Origin: Planctomycetota bacterium
GTDB lineage: Bacteria; Planctomycetota; GCA-002687715; CAIWVZ01
NCBI GenBank assembly: GCA_044222185.1
Contig: JBGANV010000011.1
Location: 113,611-177,610 of the forward strand
Reading direction: 5' to 3'
DNA: 64,000 nucleotides
The translations under genes and the position numbers were made by a program. The notes beneath the pieces were generated by a model. That model ran no database searches and was not told the origin of the DNA. It saw only the letters and a program-made list of their open reading frames with translations. The stretch's first letter is position 1. Each line of letters opens with the position of its first letter. Shown in pieces: positions 31,033-40,650 of this stretch.

Positions 31033-31311
31033 TAGTCACCTCCGTTCGCGCTTCGTCGTGCGATCACGCGCAGCCTATGAGTCGACGACGGACGCGGGAA
31101 TGCGCCGATGGACGCACCGCCATCGGGAATGGAGGCGCACGACGGGACTGGATACTGAGATGAACACGCGACGTCGCGGTGGCGGCACTTGCGCGCCGCT
31201 TGCGTCGCGCGCGACCCTCTGCGCATGTCTATCGACGCCGGCGTGAACGGCCTGCGATCGCAGTCACGTCATCGGGCCGATGGCCGCTCGGGGTGGACCC
31301 GTCCGCGCCCG

Positions 31312-31770
31312 TCAGTCGCCCAGCACGCCCGTGAGCGTGGGTGGCAGGAGGCACACGAGGACGAGCGCGACGGTCGTGTTCATGCCGATGAACAGCAGGC
31401 TCGAGAGTGCCAACGCAGCGGAACCGGAGCGTCGGGCGATGAGACCGGACCACGCCAGCCCGATCAGGCACGCGGAGACGAGCACGACGAGAGTCATCCA
31501 GTCGGAGAAGGCCCTCGACCACGCCATCGCGAACGCAGCGGCGGTCGGCACGTGGGTGACCGCGACGACTCGCCAATGGGCGCGCCGCAGACCCCTCGGA
31601 ATGAACGCGGCGACGCCAGACTCGATCCCCATTGCCACGACGAGCGGGAGCGCCCACATCGGCACCAGGTACGGGGCTCGGCCGACCGCGAGCGCCGTGG
31701 CGATGAATGCGATGGCGATTCCGCCCATGACGAATGGGATGGGAGTGTCTTGCCGACTGCCGTCTCGCAT
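31312..31770 (-). CDS. Integral membrane protein
   Basis: Four to five hydrophobic helices. Start is uncertain. Confidence 0.55.
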   Translation of the reverse strand: MRDGSRQDTPIPFVMGGIAIAFIATALAVGRAPYLVPMWALPLVVAMGIESGVAAFIPRGLRRAHWRVVAVTHVPTAAAFAMAWSRAFSDWMTLVVLVSACLIGLAWSGLIARRSGSAALALSSLLFIGMNTTVALVLVCLLPPTLTGVLGD

Positions 31771-31864
31771 GCGTTCAGTGATGGAGAGTTCCCTCCTCGA
31801 CCGGCAGGCCATCAGTGGAAGCGCGACCGACGATGACGGGCCGTTCGGAGCGCGGCATGACCTG

Positions 31865-32128
31865 TCACCCCTGGTCGTCGGCGGCCGCGGCCTGATCCCG
31901 CTCCGCGTCTCGCCCCTCGACGAGCCCGAAACGCCGTGCAACGACGATGAAGATCCACAGAAGAAAGCCGCTGACTGGGACCACTGGCGCGGCCGCCGCG
32001 ACCGCGAATGCGGCCAGCTCGCCGTCGGACTGCGACAGGACGAACCCCGCGCCAGCGAGCACCCAGAGTGCGATGAGCACGAACCACATGTCGCGTGCTG
32101 CCGCGAGCCGCGGTCTCGGGTCGTTCAT
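31865..32128 (-). CDS. Small 2-TM membrane protein
   Basis: ATGA coupling with the upstream gene and two hydrophobic helices. Confidence 0.55.
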   Translation of the reverse strand: MNDPRPRLAAARDMWFVLIALWVLAGAGFVLSQSDGELAAFAVAAAAPVVPVSGFLLWIFIVVARRFGLVEGRDAERDQAAAADDQG

Positions 32129-32808
32129 CGTCCCGCCCGATCCGCGGCGTTCGCGCGTTCGATGTAGGGGGCGAGGCCAGTCGAGCACACCTCTCCCATG
32201 CGCCCGAAGGCTGCCTCGATCACGGCGCAGAACGCCGTTCGCTGTTGCGGCGTGACGCGTCGGTCGAGGGAGACCTCCATCCAGATCGCGTCGTAGAAGC
32301 AGCGCGCGCGGACGCCGCTCGAAACTCCGTTTTCGTCGACGTGAAACGAAACGACGTGCCACGATCGCACCGCCTCCGGCCGAGAGTCCGGTGGGCCCTG
32401 TGCGACCACGGTCCACGGCTCGTCGCTCGCGAGCAACGCCGCGCGCCGCCTCCGGATGCCTTCGGTGCCCTCGACGCCGAGGTGGCCCACGCCCTCCTGT
32501 CCCCCGGGTCCCGACAACCAGCGCTGCGAGCAAAACCGCGTCGAACTCCGATCGAAGCGAAACCGCACGAAGCCGTGCTCGGACGCCGGCGCTGCCGGCA
32601 GCCCGGCGGCGACCCAGACCGCGCGCGGGAGAATCTTCTCGAATGCGCCGTCGAGGTCGCGCTCGGCCTGCTTGACTTCCGGATGCATGGCGTCGTCGAC
32701 GCGGGACTCGACGAGGCCCCATGCGGGCGACCCCCCGATGACGATTCCCCACGCCGACGCAATCGCCAGGATCGGCAGCGCGGCCGTGACGAGGGCGCGA
32801 CGAAGCAT
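32125..32808 (-). CDS. Hypothetical exported protein
   Basis: N-terminal hydrophobic anchor and coupling to the downstream gene. Confidence 0.55.
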   Translation of the reverse strand: MLRRALVTAALPILAIASAWGIVIGGSPAWGLVESRVDDAMHPEVKQAERDLDGAFEKILPRAVWVAAGLPAAPASEHGFVRFRFDRSSTRFCSQRWLSGPGGQEGVGHLGVEGTEGIRRRRAALLASDEPWTVVAQGPPDSRPEAVRSWHVVSFHVDENGVSSGVRARCFYDAIWMEVSLDRRVTPQQRTAFCAVIEAAFGRMGEVCSTGLAPYIERANAADRAGR

Positions 32809-32984
32809 GAACGCAGTCTACGCATGCGGAACGGATCATTCGGTGAACGCGACCGAGGACGCAACAAGTGCGGCGAACGAAGCCTCGCGGACGGTGCGGG
32901 ACGCGGCGCGTCCGCCGGATGGCCGCGTATCACGGGGCAGCGCCCTTCCGAGCCATCGGGCGACGGCAACCTCGGGCTGACGGA

Positions 32985-34223
32985 TCAGCGAGTCGCACGA
33001 GACGTCGGCCGACTCACCGGTTGACGCGCGGCGAGGAAGTCGAGCCAGCGGGTCGCGAATGCGGCGACGTCGGCCCGGGAGCGGGATTCCTCTGGCGCGA
33101 GCTTCGGCCCGTCCGGGTGAAGCCCGATCAACGTCGCCTGCAGTTCGTCGAGGCTCGCGTATTCAGCCGCCTTCAGTCGTTCGAGCCCGATGATGAGTTG
33201 CGACGTGTCACCGAGAGCCGCGAGCGTCACCAAGGCGAACGGCACCTGCGCGGCATCGATGGCGGCGATCCGGGCTCGAAGCCGTGGAATCACCTGCGAC
33301 GCGTCGAGCGTACGCATGGCCTCGATGGCGACGATTCCCTTCAGTCCGCGCCCCGACTCGTCGAGCAGGGCGGTGAGAAGCGCGACGGACTCCGGGAAGC
33401 CGTGAGCTCCGATCGCCGCGATCGCGTCGATCGTGTCGTCACCCGCGAGATAGGGCTTCAGGCGCTCTGCCGTCGGTGCGAGCAGATTGTTCGCCGCCGA
33501 CAACCTCCTGCGGGCGATCGCGTCGGCGGCCGTCTTCGGGAACAGATCGACGACTCTCTGGTACTGAGCGTGCGCGTCGTCTGCGCGGTCGTTCAACTCG
33601 AGCAGCAGCCCGTGACGCAAGTGGAGCGCGCAGACGTTCTTCGAATGAAGCGCGAACTGCACGTTCGCGACGGCCCTCTCATGGGCGGCGAGCGCCTCTG
33701 CGAACTGCCCCTTCTTCTGGAGGATCGCGGAGCGGCGCGTGTCGACGGCGAGACTGACCGTCGCGACCCAATTCCCGCATCCGCCGCCGGCCCTGATTCG
33801 GTCGAGGGCCTTCATCGCGCCATCGAGGTCGCCGCTGATCTCGCGGAGGATCGCCCCTCCCACACCCGACGCCGATGCCACGAAGTAGATCCGTTCGGAA
33901 TCTCCTCGAGGTGGTGCCGCGGCAGCCTTCGCCAGCGCCTGAACGTCGGCCCAGCCCTTGACGTTGTCGGGGGGAACACCGAAGGACGGCTCGAACAGGT
34001 CGATCCTTGCAGCGAGCGCGGTGAGCCCCTGCATCGACGTCTCGAAGTCCGGAATCCTCGTGCCCACCACGCCGGGAGGGTGCTCGAAGGAGCCGACGCA
34101 CGCGGACAGCTCCGCGAGGATCGCAGCAATCTCGGCTTCAGCCGCCTTGCTGCCTGCCTGTGCCGTCGCCACGTCGGCGGCTCCCATCAACAGCAGGCAA
34201 ACGGACGCGTACTTCAGGCTCAT
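32985..34223 (-). CDS. Secreted TPR/HEAT helical protein
   Basis: Signal MSLKYASVCLLLMGAADVATA, GGGCGN motif, TPR-like AHAQYQRVVDLFP, and a HEAT-like C-terminus. Confidence 0.7.
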   Translation of the reverse strand: MSLKYASVCLLLMGAADVATAQAGSKAAEAEIAAILAELSACVGSFEHPPGVVGTRIPDFETSMQGLTALAARIDLFEPSFGVPPDNVKGWADVQALAKAAAAPPRGDSERIYFVASASGVGGAILREISGDLDGAMKALDRIRAGGGCGNWVATVSLAVDTRRSAILQKKGQFAEALAAHERAVANVQFALHSKNVCALHLRHGLLLELNDRADDAHAQYQRVVDLFPKTAADAIARRRLSAANNLLAPTAERLKPYLAGDDTIDAIAAIGAHGFPESVALLTALLDESGRGLKGIVAIEAMRTLDASQVIPRLRARIAAIDAAQVPFALVTLAALGDTSQLIIGLERLKAAEYASLDELQATLIGLHPDGPKLAPEESRSRADVAAFATRWLDFLAARQPVSRPTSRATR

Positions 34224-34603
34224 CGGAGCTCCCGTCAAAGGACTGCCATGTTCCAGCCGCGCAGTATCGCGCGGGTGGAGCGGGTCACCGCTCCGACAGC
34301 AACCACGGCCGAACGGACGATTACTTAGATTCGCGCACGCTGATGCGTACCGCGAGCCTGGGCTGCCGACGTCATCGAAGACGGCGAACGCACGACCGCG
34401 GCGATCGAGTCTCACGCCGTCGGGGTCAGTCCGACGGCTCACTTCGCCCACGACGCGTCCGCTCCGGCCGCCGGACCCGCTTCGCGCGCACCGTCGACCG
34501 CCGCATCACGCGGCCGCCGAGCTTCCCGGTTCGGTGTACGGGCGCATTCCGCGTACGACGCGCCTCCAGGCCGCGACCCGTCGCTCGGTACGCCCCCTTT
34601 GGG

Positions 34604-35371
34604 CTACGCCGAGAAGTGGCCCGCCGTGAACCACAGGCTTCGTTTGAATCGATCGAGCGCCGCGTCGAGCCATGACGCGTGACGGGGGTGAACGACGATG
34701 GCATAGGCCCGGGGGGAAATCCTCCGGTATCGGACGACGCTGACGGTCGCGGGCGCGCAAGCCTGATCGAGGCGCTGCTTGAGATTCCTTGCCTGCGCGC
34801 CGTGCGGCATCGAGCGATCGAAATGGTGATAGAGAACGGCACTCGCGCCCTGGCCGACGATCGCGGACGCCTCCGCATGGAGCATGTGCTTGGGCGACGG
34901 GCGGCTTTCGTTGTCGAAGCCGGACCGTGCCATGCCGTTGTCGGGGTCGCAGCAGATGAGATCGGAGCCTGCAACCTCGAACATCGCCCGCCGGAACCAC
35001 TCGCTCCGCTCCGAGACGACTCGACGCCTGGGCGTGCGTGCTGAGTAGAAGCACGTCCCCTGCGGCCACGGTGCCAACCGCTCGAGGGCCGCGATCGAGC
35101 GCGCGCCTCCACGCGCGACCGCCTCCCGAAATGCGTCGAAAAGCTCGGGGTCGCAGCGTCGAATGGCTTCGCTCGCCTTGGAGAGACCGTGGGACCGCGA
35201 CTCCGCAAGATAGGTCACGTGCTTGCCGTCGTTGCGATCGACCTCTCTCCCATCGGGCTCATTGGCATACCAGATGACCCCGAGGCGGCGCTCCGCCGCG
35301 GTGGCCATCAGGGCGCGCAGAAGCCCGCACTTCGAGAAGTCTCCGATGTCGAACGCGTAACGGTCCTGCAT
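34604..35371 (-). CDS. Conserved hypothetical protein (MQxRYxxDIGDFxKxGLLR...DPDNG), possible Rossmann/MTase-like fold
   Basis: DIGDF.K.GLLR, WY...DGKH..YL, DPDNG, KH and Y.H motifs. Confidence 0.75.
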   Translation of the reverse strand: MQDRYAFDIGDFSKCGLLRALMATAAERRLGVIWYANEPDGREVDRNDGKHVTYLAESRSHGLSKASEAIRRCDPELFDAFREAVARGGARSIAALERLAPWPQGTCFYSARTPRRRVVSERSEWFRRAMFEVAGSDLICCDPDNGMARSGFDNESRPSPKHMLHAEASAIVGQGASAVLYHHFDRSMPHGAQARNLKQRLDQACAPATVSVVRYRRISPRAYAIVVHPRHASWLDAALDRFKRSLWFTAGHFSA

Positions 35372-35462
35372 CGCCGCGAGCCTATCGAATCCGCGCGCGA
35401 CGTCGATCCAGGTCGCGGACATCTGGTCCCGACGCCGGGACCTCGCTCCATCGCGGCAGGAT

Positions 35463-36300
35463 TCAGTTTCCGACGGTCACACGAAGGCCTTGGGTGAGCG
35501 AAGCCCCTCCGCTTGCTGACGGGTCGAGGATTCCCGCCTGCGCGAAGAACGTCATTCCGGCCGTGAAGGCATCCAGTGGGAACGTGAACCACCACGATCC
35601 GACGCCTGCCGTCCACGCTGTTCCTCCCGTGTGCAGCGGCCAGTCGACGAGAGGTGTGATCAGCAGCGCGCCGCCGAGGTTCCTTTGAAACGTGGTCGGT
35701 CAGCCGCTCGCCGTTCGCCGCAGCCCGACGACGCCATCCAGTGCCGGTGATCGACGACTGCGAGCGGACGCGGCCGCCGCATGCCCGAGGCCGGGCCGGC
35801 TCCACTCGCCGGCACTCCGGAGCAATCACGGGAGAGCTTGCGATTCCTCCCGAGATCGGCTTCGAGAGACGTCTGCCCAGGCACACGATGACCCCGCCGA
35901 GGTCGCCCTCGTTCGTCCATCCCTTCGCACCTGGACCCCGGGACCCCGCCGTAGGCCACGAGGTCGCCACAGTCGCGCGATTCCCGCTTCTGCACCACGA
36001 ACAAGATCACCAACACTCTTGCCTCGACGCGCCCGCCAGCCCGGGGGGGGGCATGCGGTCCGTCGCAGGACCCGATACACGTCGTGGATTGGAGAGGCAG
36101 GACCTGATTGCCGGTCGTTGCTGCAACCCCACTGCGCTCGGTGACACCACCAACGCGGCTGCGGTTCGGATTGATCCTGAGAAGACGCGGAAGTCGCACC
36201 GAAGACCGTCTTCGCCGCCGAGGCGGGATGCGAGCGAACACGCCTCCGAGAGCAGTCGCTCGGATTTCACACGCTGAACCCACGGGCTTGTCGCGACCGT
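35463..36300 (-). pseudogene. Decayed secreted-protein gene retaining an intact type-D C-terminal module end
   Basis: Frame 35700->35463 reads NLGGALLITPLVDWPLHTGG...AGMTFFAQAGILDPSASGGASLTQGLRVTVGN*. An in-frame TGA and scrambled frames lie upstream. The 5' limit is approximate. Confidence 0.6.
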
Positions 36301-36682
36301 CTCCGCGTGATGACCTCACCATCGGCGGCCGGACACCGGAGCGTGCGGCTGAGAGACACGCATGACCTCACCTCGCCGCCAGCGGCCCGCGCGGCTGGCC
36401 CACGGCACGGCACACGGGCGGGTGCGGCGAGCGTTCGCCCGCAGGCTGAACGGAAGGTCTGGGCGTCGCACCGGTATCCCCTGGCCCGCGCGACGACGCC
36501 TCACGCGTTCACCTTCGGCAATGGTGGGGACCGGCGACGTCATGACGAGCGAAACTGCGAAGGAACGATCAGATCGCCCATGCTGCGCGATCACTGGTAG
36601 TTCAGACCCCTGGTACTATCGGACCCCAGCCGTCGTCGAACGACTGCCATCGCCCATCTCACCGAATACACGGAACGGAGGC

Positions 36683-36970
36683 ATGATCATGAATGCAGGC
36701 GCAGGTGCAGCGGCGGCGGCAGCGGCCGCAATCGCCCAGGCCATCAAAGCATCCGGCACGATCGTTCGGGTCGCGCCGGAGGAATTCGTGAGGATCCTCG
36801 GACGGCAACAGGAGCCCTTGGTCGTCCGCGCAACCGGCGGCTTCTTTGGCACCAGCTTCCAGTACCTCTCGAGTTACAAGGGCCTCGCGTTCTTCACGAA
36901 ATCTCCAACGACGCTCAGTCTGCCGACCCGGTGCGAGATCATCGACTCCGAAAAGATCTGGATTCCTTGA
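36683..36970 (+). CDS. Small conserved hypothetical protein (AAIAQAIKASG...Y.Y...Y.GL.F.TKS)
   Basis: GGAGG RBS, 95 aa, ends KIWIP. Confidence 0.8.
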   Translation: MIMNAGAGAAAAAAAAIAQAIKASGTIVRVAPEEFVRILGRQQEPLVVRATGGFFGTSFQYLSSYKGLAFFTKSPTTLSLPTRCEIIDSEKIWIP

Positions 36971-37514
36971 TAGGGCGGAGCCCGTATCCAGCCGCTCCTC
37001 GTCGCGAGTTGCGCCGCGCGACGACGGTCCACCGCGACGGGACGATGTCCCCCGAGCATCATTGGGACGCTCGAAACTCGAGGCAGAGGAGATGCCACGA
37101 CGCGGGCGGACGGGACCACGACCCGAGCCGGCTCCGACGCCGCAGTCGCGGCGATCCAGCCCGCTCCGCGGCAGCTTCCGCCGACTTCTGCGTACCGATC
37201 GCGCCACAGGTGGAATCGCACGCCCCAAGCCCCGCGGCGTGTTCGGATGAGCTGTGACTTCAAGTCGAGCGCAACGGCGCGGTTGGGTCCGCACGCGTTT
37301 CGACGCCCGGACGGCGTCGACGTTCGGCCCGGTTCGCACACCAAACGGATTCGCTCGCGGCGACCTCCGCTCCGTAGCCCTGAGACTGCGATCCGCCGGC
37401 GCGGCTGATACCCACAGGAGCTACGTCGGCGGGCGACCGTGACGCCATAGGATCCGTGTGCACCGGGCCAGTCCAGTGGTGGACTGTCCATCTCGAGGCA
37501 TAGGGGTAACCACC

Positions 37515-38657
37515 ATGAAACCGATCGTCCGACTCGCAATTGCTGCGGCGGTCATTGGCGCCGCGGTTCCATCGCAATCTCTCGTCTTGTGGAACACGCT
37601 TGACAGCGACGCGGCTGCGCTCTCGAGCGTCGTCGGCCCACCGCTCACCTTCTTCACAGGCGGAGCGCCCTATCCCTCCGTCATCGGGACGCGCACCTAC
37701 GTGCCTGGAGTGGCAGGTAACGCGCTGACGCTGGGTCCCGCACCCTATCTCGCCGGAGTTCGCGCGCAGGTCCTCACGCTCATGAACCCGGGAGCAGTGC
37801 TCAACCCGGAGAGAGGCACGATCGAAGCGTGGTATCTGACACGCGAAGAGTCGATGCCCTATTACAACAACTCGCACTGCATGTTCGGCTCGATGCGTGA
37901 ATGCGGTTTCGAGGCAGGAATCGTCCTGGCGACGTCGAACGTCTCCGGAGCACCGCAAGGAACGCGGCTCTACTTCATGATCGAGGCGTGTGGAACCCCG
38001 GTCGACGTGTACTCCCTCTTCGACGGCGCGCAGGGGTTCGCCATCGGAGGGCTCACCAATCGCTGGTTGCACGTTGCAGCCTGCTGGGACCGGCTCGGCA
38101 TCGCCGGCACGCAGCACACGATGCGTCTGTATCTGAACGGACGGGTGGTCGCGGTGAGCATGGACCCGAGTTGGGGTCACCAATTCGGCTGGGGCGCCAC
38201 CGTCGGAGGAGCCAGCGACTCACACATCGCCCGGAAGTTCCTCGTCGATGAACTGAAGCTATGGGACGGGGCCAAGACCCAGTTCGGTCTCGACCTCGGG
38301 CTGTATGCGGCGCAGCTCGACGGTGCAGGTTCGGCCATCCTCGTGAACTGCACGGGAAAGCCCGGGTGGAAGTACTTCACGGCAATCACCGGTGATCCCG
38401 CGAACGGCGGCGCCGGATTGGGGACCGGCCCATGGGGCGGGTTGCATATCTCCCCCGGTGAACTGTTGCTCGAGTGGTCGACGCAGCAGCCGCCATTCGT
38501 TGGATTCTTGGATGCGTGGGGGGACTCCTCCTTCGTGCTGCCGGCAGGAACCCTGAACGCGCTCTCCGGCGTCGACCTCTATCTCGTGAGTCACATGCTC
38601 AATCCCTGGGGCGGCGTCGAGGAAGCATCGGCACCAGTTCACATCCGGTTGAACTGA
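37515..38657 (+). CDS. Secreted LamG/concanavalin-like protein with C-terminal module type A
   Basis: Signal peptide followed by GTIEAW...WLHVA.CWD...RLYLNG...DELKLW. Tail reads YFTAIT.DP.N...G.GPWGGLHI...PPFVGFLD. Confidence 0.88.
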   Translation: MKPIVRLAIAAAVIGAAVPSQSLVLWNTLDSDAAALSSVVGPPLTFFTGGAPYPSVIGTRTYVPGVAGNALTLGPAPYLAGVRAQVLTLMNPGAVLNPERGTIEAWYLTREESMPYYNNSHCMFGSMRECGFEAGIVLATSNVSGAPQGTRLYFMIEACGTPVDVYSLFDGAQGFAIGGLTNRWLHVAACWDRLGIAGTQHTMRLYLNGRVVAVSMDPSWGHQFGWGATVGGASDSHIARKFLVDELKLWDGAKTQFGLDLGLYAAQLDGAGSAILVNCTGKPGWKYFTAITGDPANGGAGLGTGPWGGLHISPGELLLEWSTQQPPFVGFLDAWGDSSFVLPAGTLNALSGVDLYLVSHMLNPWGGVEEASAPVHIRLN

Positions 38658-39129
38658 CGCGGACCAGCGGTCCACGGCGCACGTGCCACCATCCACGCGG
38701 AACGGCTTGGAGTGTGAATGCGCCATCTCGCTGGCCGTGCGACACCGGCGGCGCCGAACCACCGCCCGTTCGATCGCATGAGGTCTGTCTCTTTCGTTGG
38801 GTCTTCGAGCGTCGGAAGACTCGGCGCTCGAACCGCATCGGGCCGCCAGGCGGGCTGGCGGCTGGCGACCGACATCCGGCAGACCAAACCGGGGCGCAGC
38901 CCTATCACGCTGGCTGCAAAGCTGGCACGACGGCGCCGCCGCGTCGCGAGCTGGAAGTCGTCATCCCCGCGAAAGACGCGATGCCCCCGTGTCTCGCACG
39001 ACGGTCGGTCGCCCGACATCGCGGCGCGCGGATGCCCGCAACTCGTCGCCTGGCCGACGCGCGCGCTCGCGCGGGCCGTTGGGACCGGCTCGAGGAAGAG
39101 CGACCGGTCCCGGTCACGCCGCTTGCTCG

Positions 39130-40254
39130 TCAGTAAACCGAAAACCTCACCGCAGGCGACATCGGTCCGACGACGCCGCCCGTCACGTCGACGCAGATCG
39201 ACTCGAATGTCAGGCCGATCGGCTCGAAGTGCGGGCCGAACACCGCCGTCACGCCCGGTGCGACGAAATGGACCGGCACTGCACCCACCGGCAGCTGGAG
39301 CTGGAAGATCAGAAACGACAGATCGCTGAAATAGAGCCCGCCCCACGGTCCGGTACCAAGTCCGTTGGGGGCCCAGTCGCCACTGAACAGGTTGAAGTAC
39401 TCATGGCCCGCCACGAGATTCGAGCTCGTCCCGTAGAGGGCCGTGCCCGAGCCGCCGGGTTGATGGAAGGTGGCGCGTGGTTCGATCGGCAGCTTCGCCC
39501 GATCCCATGCCTTCAGCTCGTCCACGTAGAACTTGCCCGCGATGTCCCAATCTCTCCCGCCTGCCACGGCAGCCACGGGCCCAAACGATGGCCCCCAACT
39601 CGCGGCGACGGTCTTTGCCACGAGCTCACCGTTGACATAAAGACGCACCCGGTCGGCGGTCCCAGCGATCCCTGCGCGATCCCACACGGCGGCGAAATGA
39701 ATCCATTGGTTGAGCATGTTCACCAACGGATGACCCGGGAGCCCATCGACGATCGACATGGCGTCGACGGAGGCGCCGCAGAGCTTGATCGTGAACACCA
39801 CACGTGCCGTGCTCCAGAACTCGGGATGATTCACATACAACGCCATCCCTGCCTCGTAGGCGCATTCCTGCGACTGCCCGAACAGCATCTGAGCGTTGTT
39901 CACATAGGGTGCGAGTTCTTGCTTGCTGAGGTACCAGACCTCGATCGTCCCGTGCTCGGGATTCAGCACGGCTCCCGGGTTCGGGAGTTCGATGGCGTGG
40001 GCCGGCATGTTGGATTCATAGGGTCCAGGGCCGAGTGTGAACGCGCTCGAAGAAACCCCCGGCACGTAAGCCCGCGTCGCGACGATCGTCGCGTAAGGGC
40101 GGTTACCTCCCGCGTAGAAGACGAGCGGCGGGCCGACGACGCTGTTCAGCACTGCCACATCGCTGTCGAGCGTATTGTGGAGAACGAGCGTCTGCGCGGC
40201 ACCGCCTGAAGCGATCATCAAAGCGCACAAGCCGATCAACAGGGGCGCTCTCAT
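39130..40254 (-). CDS. Secreted LamG-like paralog of 37515-38657 with a variant C-terminal module (A')
   Basis: LHNTLDSD...SVVGPPL and GTIEVW...WIHFAAVWD. Tail reads FHQPGGSG...EYFNLFS...GTGPWGGLYF. Confidence 0.88.
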   Translation of the reverse strand: MRAPLLIGLCALMIASGGAAQTLVLHNTLDSDVAVLNSVVGPPLVFYAGGNRPYATIVATRAYVPGVSSSAFTLGPGPYESNMPAHAIELPNPGAVLNPEHGTIEVWYLSKQELAPYVNNAQMLFGQSQECAYEAGMALYVNHPEFWSTARVVFTIKLCGASVDAMSIVDGLPGHPLVNMLNQWIHFAAVWDRAGIAGTADRVRLYVNGELVAKTVAASWGPSFGPVAAVAGGRDWDIAGKFYVDELKAWDRAKLPIEPRATFHQPGGSGTALYGTSSNLVAGHEYFNLFSGDWAPNGLGTGPWGGLYFSDLSFLIFQLQLPVGAVPVHFVAPGVTAVFGPHFEPIGLTFESICVDVTGGVVGPMSPAVRFSVY

Positions 40255-40650
40255 GGTCGTGTCTCCGTTTCTCCGCGGCGTCTCAAAGGTCGCGGGGCCG
40301 CCTCATGCCCGTCGCACGAGGCCGGGGCCCCAGAGCACGTGGCGGCTCGGCCCATTCAGGCCGCGGTCGGCTCACCAAGCCTGGGCAGAGCCCGTGGCGC
40401 GATCACTCCGTACGAGTGCGGAACCTACGCGCGCTGCACGACGGTTGGCGCCCGCAGTCGTGGGCAGTCCGCATGACACGGAGTCGCCGCCAGCGGGCGC
40501 GATCGAAGCGAGAGCGGTTCTCGCGTGCAACTGCGACGACGAAGCTCCGGACGTCGGGAATGGCCGAGCGGAGTCGTCGTGATGAACGCAGGCTGCTCTT
40601 GCCGACTCGATTCGACCGAGCGCCTTCACTGAACCAGCGCCGCCCTGACG

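Noticed and set aside
23400-35400. Run of short, mostly co-oriented orphan genes suggesting an integron cassette array
   Set aside because: No RYYYAAC...GTTRRRY attC pairs or integron integrase were recognised.
35700-35702. In-frame TGA upstream of the orphan tag as a second Sec codon
   Set aside because: No redox motif or SECIS-like hairpin, and the upstream frames are scrambled, so decay explains it better.
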